A stretch of DNA of 64,000 nt, from positions 411,665 through 475,664 of the forward strand of contig CAWBAN010000003.1 of NCBI GenBank assembly GCA_963786935.1. The letters are read 5' to 3'. Every line of letters starts with the position of its first letter. Positions within the stretch are counted from its first letter, which is position 1. Below are positions 59,101-64,000 of this stretch, one piece after another. The notes below the pieces were generated by a model. That model saw nothing but the letters and a program-made list of their open reading frames with translations. It was not told where the DNA came from and ran no database searches. A program made the translations under genes and the position numbers. This stretch comes from an uncultured bacterium (GTDB taxonomy: Bacteria; Krumholzibacteriota; Krumholzibacteriia; Krumholzibacteriales; Krumholzibacteriaceae).

Positions 59101-61857
59101 TGTGTGTTCACTGGCTGCGAGTTCCGGTATGGAGGAGAGGACGCTGTCGAAACGGTGGAGGTTCACACGAATGCGACGTTTTCGGGGTGTGCGTTCAAGA
59201 ATAGCGCTACGTCGGCTCTCTGCGTAGTGAATGCAGCTCCAGTGGTAACAGGATGCACGATGAACTCGTGGTTGCGCATGGAAGGGTCATCGTCAGCAGC
59301 CGCTGTGTCCGGCAATACGATTGGACCCATCGCGAGCAGTAGCAGCAGCTACGCGGTATTGGTTGTTGGCAATTGCATGCAGAAAGTTGTCGGCCAGAAC
59401 ACGCTTGTGCCGCGCGGTGATGGGAGATGGAACCGGCTGGGAGTGCTGAACTCGACGCTGACGAGTTCAGCGACGTGGCCGGTACCGCCGAGTGGGTTTG
59501 TGTACTTCTTACCTGACGAGAACTATCTGAGGATCAACGGTTCGGGGACGCCGGTGCTGCACTTGCTTCCGGGCACGGTGGTCAAGTTCGAGGTTGATGC
59601 TGGGATTTACGCTGGGACGACGACACTGGCGGGCGGGCTCATTGCGAACGGTGTGGTATTTACCTCGTACCGTGATGATGCGGTGGGTGGTGACAGCGAT
59701 GGGACGGCTACTGCTCCTGCTCCCTCGGACTGGCGGCTGATCTACCTGGATACTGCGGCGCGTGCCGACTCGTGTGTGTTCACTGGCTGCGAGTTCCGGT
59801 ATGGAGGAGAGGACGCTGTCGAAACGGTGGAGGTTCACACGAATGCGACGTTTTCGGGGTGTGCGTTCAAGAATAGCGCTACGTCGGCTCTCTGCGTAGT
59901 GAATGCAGCTCCAGTGGTAACAGGATGCACGATGAACTCGTGGTTGCGCATGGAAGGGTCATCGTCAGCAGCCGCTGTGTCCGGCAATACGATTGGACCC
60001 ATCGCGAGCAGTAGCAGCAGCTACGCGGTATTGGTTGTTGGCAATTGCATGCAGAAAGTTGTCGGCCAGAACACGCTTGTGCCGCGCGGTGATGGGAGAT
60101 GGAACCGGCTGGGAGTGCTGAACTCGACGCTGACGAGTTCAGCGACGTGGCCGGTACCGCCGAGTGGGTTTGTGTACTTCTTACCTGACGAGAACTATCT
60201 GAGGATCAACGGTTCGGGGACGCCGGTGCTGCACTTGCTTCCGGGCACGGTGGTCAAGTTCGAGGTTGATGCTGGGATTTACGCTGGGACGACGACACTG
60301 GCGGGCGGGCTCATTGCGAACGGTGTGGTATTTACCTCGTACCGTGATGATGCGGTGGGTGGTGACAGCGATGGGACGGCTACTGCTCCTGCTCCCTCGG
60401 ACTGGCGGCTGATCTACCTGGATACTGCGGCGCGTGCCGACTCGTGTGTGTTCACTGGCTGCGAGTTCCGGTATGGAGGAGAGGACGCTGTCGAAACGGT
60501 GGAGGTTCACACGAATGCGACGTTTTCGGGGTGTGCGTTCAAGAATAGCGCTACGTCGGCTCTCTGCGTAGTGAATGCAGCTCCAGTGGTAACAGGATGC
60601 ACGATGAACTCGTGGTTGCGCATGGAAGGGTCATCGTCAGCAGCCGCTGTGTCCGGCAATACGATTGGACCCATCGCGAGCAGTAGCAGCAGCTACGCGG
60701 TATTGGTTGTTGGCAATTGCATGCAGAAAGTTGTCGGCCAGAACACGCTTGTGCCGCGCGGTGATGGGAGATGGAACCGGCTGGGAGTGCTGAACTCGAC
60801 GCTGACGAGTTCAGCGACGTGGCCGGTACCGCCGAGTGGGTTTGTGTACTTCTTACCTGACGAGAACTATCTGAGGATCAACGGTTCGGGGACGCCGGTG
60901 CTGCACTTGCTTCCGGGCACGGTGGTCAAGTTCGAGGTTGATGCGGGGATTTACGCTGGGACGACGACACTGGTTGGCGGGCTCATTGCGAACGGTGTGG
61001 TATTTACCTCGTACCGTGATGATGCGGTGGGTGGTGACAGCGATGGGACGGCTACTGCTCCTGCTCCCTCGGACTGGCGGCTGATCTACCTGGATACTGC
61101 GGCGCGTGCCGACTCGTGTGTGTTCACTGGCTGCGAGTTCCGGTACGGAGGAGAAGATGACGTCGAGATGGTAGATGTGCGGAGCGTGGCGGCGGCCTTT
61201 ACGGGTTGCGCATTTTCGAATAGCTACACTGCGGGATTGTGCTTGAACGGATCAGGTCTCGGGCGCCCCGTAATTAAACAATGCGCATTCAGGTTCAATA
61301 GATATGGATTGAAATCGGTAAACAATGGTAGGGCATTTGGGAACGTAATGTCGAGTTGCTTTGAAGGAAATACACAATACGGTATTTACGCAAATAATTT
61401 CACCGATGGACTAGGAGAATTTGCGGCGATGAATTGTTGGTGGGGCAATGCAAGCGGTCCAAGGGGGGCAGGCCTAGGCACTGGTGACGCAATAACGAGT
61501 AATGTCAATTATAGCCCATGGGCGTTAGAGCCTGTCTGTTCCCCATTGACTGATGTGGGCAACGACGACATAGCGCCGTTGCAGTTCGTCGTGCATCCGC
61601 CCTATCCGAATCCATTCAACCCAACGACGACGATTGAATTCGATCTGCCTGAGGCTGCTGAAGTGAGATTGACAGTCTACTCTATCAAAGGGGAGCTTGT
61701 TGTTGCGCTCGTTGAAGGGACTCTTGCCGCAGGCATTCATAAGACGATATGGGACGGCAAGGATTACACTGGACGAAAGGTGGCTTCGGGTATCTACTTC
61801 TATCACTTCAATGCCGGACCGATTGAGCAAACCGGGAAATTGATCTTATTGAGGTAG
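56131..61857 (+). CDS. 1908-aa secreted multidomain protein: M23 peptidase, LGFP-like repeats, FN3, parallel beta-helix with 224-aa tandem repeats, FlgD/T9SS-type C-terminal domain
   Basis: Signal peptide; YHPGAD and AHLHFEMR (M23 Zn ligands); 'GAIYQKY...LGYPKSDE', 'GFPTSD'; PTAPRGL..ISWSD; VPDD.PTIQGAI; CWWGNASGP; PYPNPFNPTTTIEF...WDGKD..SGIYFY. Confidence 0.9.
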   Translation: MRRVYVLFAVLLLTLVVASTASIAADRFVYPVLGNGQTDPANNTVDPRDDGWFIQNYFGNYYTGACGTDYPYHPGADLNRTGGDDDYPVYAVADGEVIRVKDMGSLGWAVIIKHTLPVSVDMTSYFLAGTNIPAQWQTVSVVSSAYLHIHNVQVAETNLITRGQYIGDIDPSLAHLHFEMRANDNYQTANPSYPCGYYDTKQAITDFGYINGMAFIADHLQVLSVGQGSRDPAAFQAAYDRMEGSTNGWAPKSAIILEGTGEIQEFNTGNVGEAIISLRDGATTAFATYGAIYQKYKSLGRGNSVLGYPKSDEGNTIPSPYGSNGRYTLCDFGTINYVIGGSETHEVHGPNFDHFALAGYSGWHGFPTSDVYNWNGNQRTDVEEGGYIYTDPLNVTRFHSPTAPRGLRIFQISPSGITISWSDYSSIESSFRLYKITWHPTSVRSSDAANGMSIALADGTVRNYVKAATEEIVLPADAVDYEDLAVAPGNAYSYSVAGFYNDSGSPISNEVTVQVGALGTITVPDDSPTIQGAINMAAAGDIVLVRPGIYLENITINKAISVQSSMGSDSTTIIGTSTSTDVVSITVNGAFLAGFTIDSGRYGLAVSSSVSDISIVDCAIQNTTSFHMSIPPNVATRVVPNINLAAHASGKYNAIVILGGILTTSSTWPVPPTGFVYYLRDENYLRINGSGTPVLHLLPGTVVKFEVDAGIYVGTTTLAGGLIANGVVFTSYRDDAVGGDSDGTATAPAPSDWRLIYLDTAARADSCVFTGCEFRYGGEDAVETVEVHTNATFSGCAFKNSATSALCVVNAAPVVTGCTMNSWLRMEGSSSAAAVSGNTIGPIASSSSSYAVLVVGNCMQKVVGQNTLVPRGDGRWNRLGVLNSTLTSSATWPVPPSGFVYFLPDENYLRINGSGTPVLHLLPGTVVKFEVDAGIYAGTTTLAGGLIANGVVFTSYRDDAVGGDSDGTATAPAPSDWRLIYLDTAARADSCVFTGCEFRYGGEDAVETVEVHTNATFSGCAFKNSATSALCVVNAAPVVTGCTMNSWLRMEGSSSAAAVSGNTIGPIASSSSSYAVLVVGNCMQKVVGQNTLVPRGDGRWNRLGVLNSTLTSSATWPVPPSGFVYFLPDENYLRINGSGTPVLHLLPGTVVKFEVDAGIYAGTTTLAGGLIANGVVFTSYRDDAVGGDSDGTATAPAPSDWRLIYLDTAARADSCVFTGCEFRYGGEDAVETVEVHTNATFSGCAFKNSATSALCVVNAAPVVTGCTMNSWLRMEGSSSAAAVSGNTIGPIASSSSSYAVLVVGNCMQKVVGQNTLVPRGDGRWNRLGVLNSTLTSSATWPVPPSGFVYFLPDENYLRINGSGTPVLHLLPGTVVKFEVDAGIYAGTTTLAGGLIANGVVFTSYRDDAVGGDSDGTATAPAPSDWRLIYLDTAARADSCVFTGCEFRYGGEDAVETVEVHTNATFSGCAFKNSATSALCVVNAAPVVTGCTMNSWLRMEGSSSAAAVSGNTIGPIASSSSSYAVLVVGNCMQKVVGQNTLVPRGDGRWNRLGVLNSTLTSSATWPVPPSGFVYFLPDENYLRINGSGTPVLHLLPGTVVKFEVDAGIYAGTTTLVGGLIANGVVFTSYRDDAVGGDSDGTATAPAPSDWRLIYLDTAARADSCVFTGCEFRYGGEDDVEMVDVRSVAAAFTGCAFSNSYTAGLCLNGSGLGRPVIKQCAFRFNRYGLKSVNNGRAFGNVMSSCFEGNTQYGIYANNFTDGLGEFAAMNCWWGNASGPRGAGLGTGDAITSNVNYSPWALEPVCSPLTDVGNDDIAPLQFVVHPPYPNPFNPTTTIEFDLPEAAEVRLTVYSIKGELVVALVEGTLAAGIHKTIWDGKDYTGRKVASGIYFYHFNAGPIEQTGKLILLR
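58129..61154 (+). repeat. About 4.5 tandem copies of a 672-bp in-frame repeat
   Basis: Unit starts (ACC/ACG)TGGCCGGTACCGCCG at 58129, 58801, 59473, 60145 and 60817; copies are nearly identical. Confidence 0.97.
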
Positions 61858-61890
61858 TCCCAGTCTCTATTGAGTAGATCGGATTCTTGG

Positions 61891-61936
61891 AAACCCGGCT
61901 GTTGAGTTAGACGAAGACTTAGCAGCCGGGTTTTCT
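61891..61936 (+). terminator. Rho-independent terminator
   Basis: AAACCCGGCTGTTGAGT...ACTTAGCAGCCGGGTTTTCT. Confidence 0.75.
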
Positions 61937-62126
61937 ATATCGCCTCCCTCGGGGCGGATGCATCCACCCCTACAAGCTGGATTGGAAGGCATTGATGAAG
62001 CTTGAGTTGTATCGCACCCGGTTTCTTGGACACAAGGATTGACATTCCCCCTCTTGGTACTGCACGCGCAGGATCAATACCTCAGGGTATTGGGCCTTAC
62101 TGCTAATTAAAGCCTGTCGGCGCGAG

Positions 62127-62155
62127 TTGACTTATTGCCTTGGCAGGAATAGACT
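62127..62155 (+). promoter_or_regulatory. Putative sigma70 promoter TTGACT-17-TAGACT
   Basis: Correct spacing; 28 nt before ATG 62184, which has an AGGAGG RBS. Confidence 0.55.
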
Positions 62156-62183
62156 TCCTGCCATCCCTCATGCAGGAGGCACC

Positions 62184-64000
62184 ATGATGAAGAACCGCTC
62201 CCGGCCGATCGCGCTCCGCGCCATTCTCATCATTGCAGCGTCCTTTCTTATTGCCGCGTCATTCCTTATCGCCGCACCTTCCGCCCTCGCCGCGAAGCCG
62301 CCGAGCACGATGTCCTTCATCGTCTCCATGGCGCAGCCCACCACGCACCTCTTCCACGTCACCTTCCGCTGCGACGGGCTGAAGGGGGAGACGCAGGACT
62401 TCAAGATGCCCGTCTGGACGCCGGGCTACTACGTGATCATGGACTATCCGAAGAACGTCGTGAGCTTCCGCGCCGAGGACGGAGCCGGCCGCGCGCTCGC
62501 CTGGGAGAAGACGGCCAAGAACGTCTGGCGGGTGAAGTCCCGCGGGGCCGCCACGATGACGGTGAGCTACGACGTGTATGCCTTCAGGCTCTTCTGCGCG
62601 GAGAGCTTCCTCGACGACAGCGAGGCGTTCATCAATCCTCCGAGCGTCTTCATGCATCTCGCCGGGCAGATCGCTCATCCCGTGACCGTCACGATCGAGC
62701 CCGCGCCCGGCTGGGGCACCATCTCGACCGGCCTCGAGCGAATCGAGGGGCAGCTGCGCACCTTCTTCGCCCCGGACTTCGACGTTCTCTACGATTCCCC
62801 GATCCTCGTCGGCAATCAAGAGGATCCTGACGTTCTACGCGCGGGGCGTTCCGCACGAGCTCGTCGGGAACGAGCTCGGCGCAATCGACTCCGCTGAAGG
62901 TCGTCTCCGACCTCGCTCGCATGGTCGAGGCGGCCGCCGATCTCATGGGAGAGCTTCCCTACCGGCGCTACGTCTTCATGCACATCGGCCGCGGGGGCGG
63001 CGGGCTGGAGCATGCGAACTCGACGGCGATCGCGTTCGACCCGTCCGAGCTCGACAGCGCGGAGGCCTATCGCGACTGGCTGAGCTTCGTGTGCCACGAG
63101 TACTTTCACCTCTTCAACGTCAAGCGCATCCGGCCGCTGGCTTTGGGGCCCTTCGACTACGACCGGGAGAACTACACGCGCATGCTGTGGGTGTCCGAGG
63201 GAATCAGCGTCTACTACGAGGACCTGCTCCTCAGGCGCGCCGGGCTCATCACGCGCGACCAGCTGCTGGACGCGTTCCGGAAGCGCATCGCCGGGCTACG
63301 AGAACATCCCGGGGCATCTCGTTCAGTCCGCGACCGAGGCGAGCTTCGACACCTGGCTCCATCGCTATGCGAGGGGCGGGAACGCGGACAACATGACGAT
63401 CTCCTACTACGACAAGGGCGCGGCGCTCGGGATGCTGCTCGATCTCGCGATCAGGCACGAATCGGAGAATCAGGAAGTCGCTCGACGACGTGATGCGGAC
63501 CCTTTACCGGACGTACTACAAAGAGAAGAAGCGCGGGTGGACGGACGAGGAGTTTCGCGAGGCGTGCGAGGAAGCGGCGGGTGGGGGCAAGGCGGGCGCC
63601 GGGGATAGAGAGGCGGCCGCCGCGCTCGCCGAGGTCTTCGAGTATGCCTCCACCGTGAAGGACATCGACTATGCCAAGTATCTGGGCTATGCGGGGCTCG
63701 CGATCGACATGGGGCTTTCGGACAGCGTGGGGGCCTATCTCGGGGCGGCGACCGCGGAGCGGGAGGGGAGGATCGTCGTCACGGGCGTCGTGTGGGGCTC
63801 GCCCGCGGCGCGGGCCGGGCTCAGCGAGGAGGATGAGATCGTTGCGCTCGATGGCGTGCGCGTCGGCGGCGCTGGGGCTGCCGATGCCGGTGGCGCCGGG
63901 CGCACGATGAGCGAGCTGCTCAAAGAGAAGAAGCCCGGCGACAAGGTCAAGGTACTGGTCTCGCGGCGCGGGACGATCCGCGAGCTCGAGGTCGTGCTCG
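62184..64000 (+). CDS. M61-family glycyl aminopeptidase with C-terminal PDZ domain (about four apparent +1 indels; runs off the window)
   Basis: MPVWTPGYY, LYDSPI, GGLEHANST, HEYFHLFNVKRIRP, LWVSEG..YYEDL, SYYDKGA, GSPAARAGL..DEIVALDG; frames switch near 62823, 62890, 63295 and 63472. Confidence 0.88.

Noticed and set aside
58129..61154. Diversity-generating retroelement template/variable repeats
   Set aside because: No reverse transcriptase in the window; the repeats are long in-frame tandem units and the differences are not adenine-specific.
62225..62280. Duplicated IAASFL segment in the M61 signal peptide
   Set aside because: Real, but a trivial short diverged duplication with no evident functional implication.

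Overview
High-GC bacterial window, probably from an FCB-superphylum candidate phylum such as Krumholzibacteriota, Latescibacterota or Eisenbacteria. This is inferred from a PorV-like gene, several YPNPF..WDG C-terminal sorting domains and a TWGxxK C-terminal motif. The left half is mostly housekeeping and transport: an RND efflux pair, carAB, a short alpha-glucan phosphorylase, a DUF853 ATPase, a POT transporter, a czcCBA-like metal efflux locus with a Cys-rich RPP-ending leader, a lipase/acyl-CoA ligase/thioester-reductase operon, HU, a GGDEF/HD-GYP protein, an ABC/porin cluster, an AAA_14 ATPase and bacterioferritin. The right half is envelope and secretion. The best candidate for an undescribed system is an 8-gene minus-strand operon (39.5-50.6 kb): Ig-repeat cargo with sorting domain, PorV-like barrel fused to an FlgD-type Ig domain, giant TPR protein, ExbB, two ExbD, TonB, and an FlgD-Ig periplasmic protein. 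It is followed by more secreted proteins, including a low-GC 1908-aa M23/LGFP/beta-helix protein with about 4.5 near-identical 672-bp tandem repeats. Three genes carry single-base indels that look like sequencing errors. I recognised no rRNA, tRNA, transposase or CRISPR array. All family assignments are by eye from motifs, with no database search.
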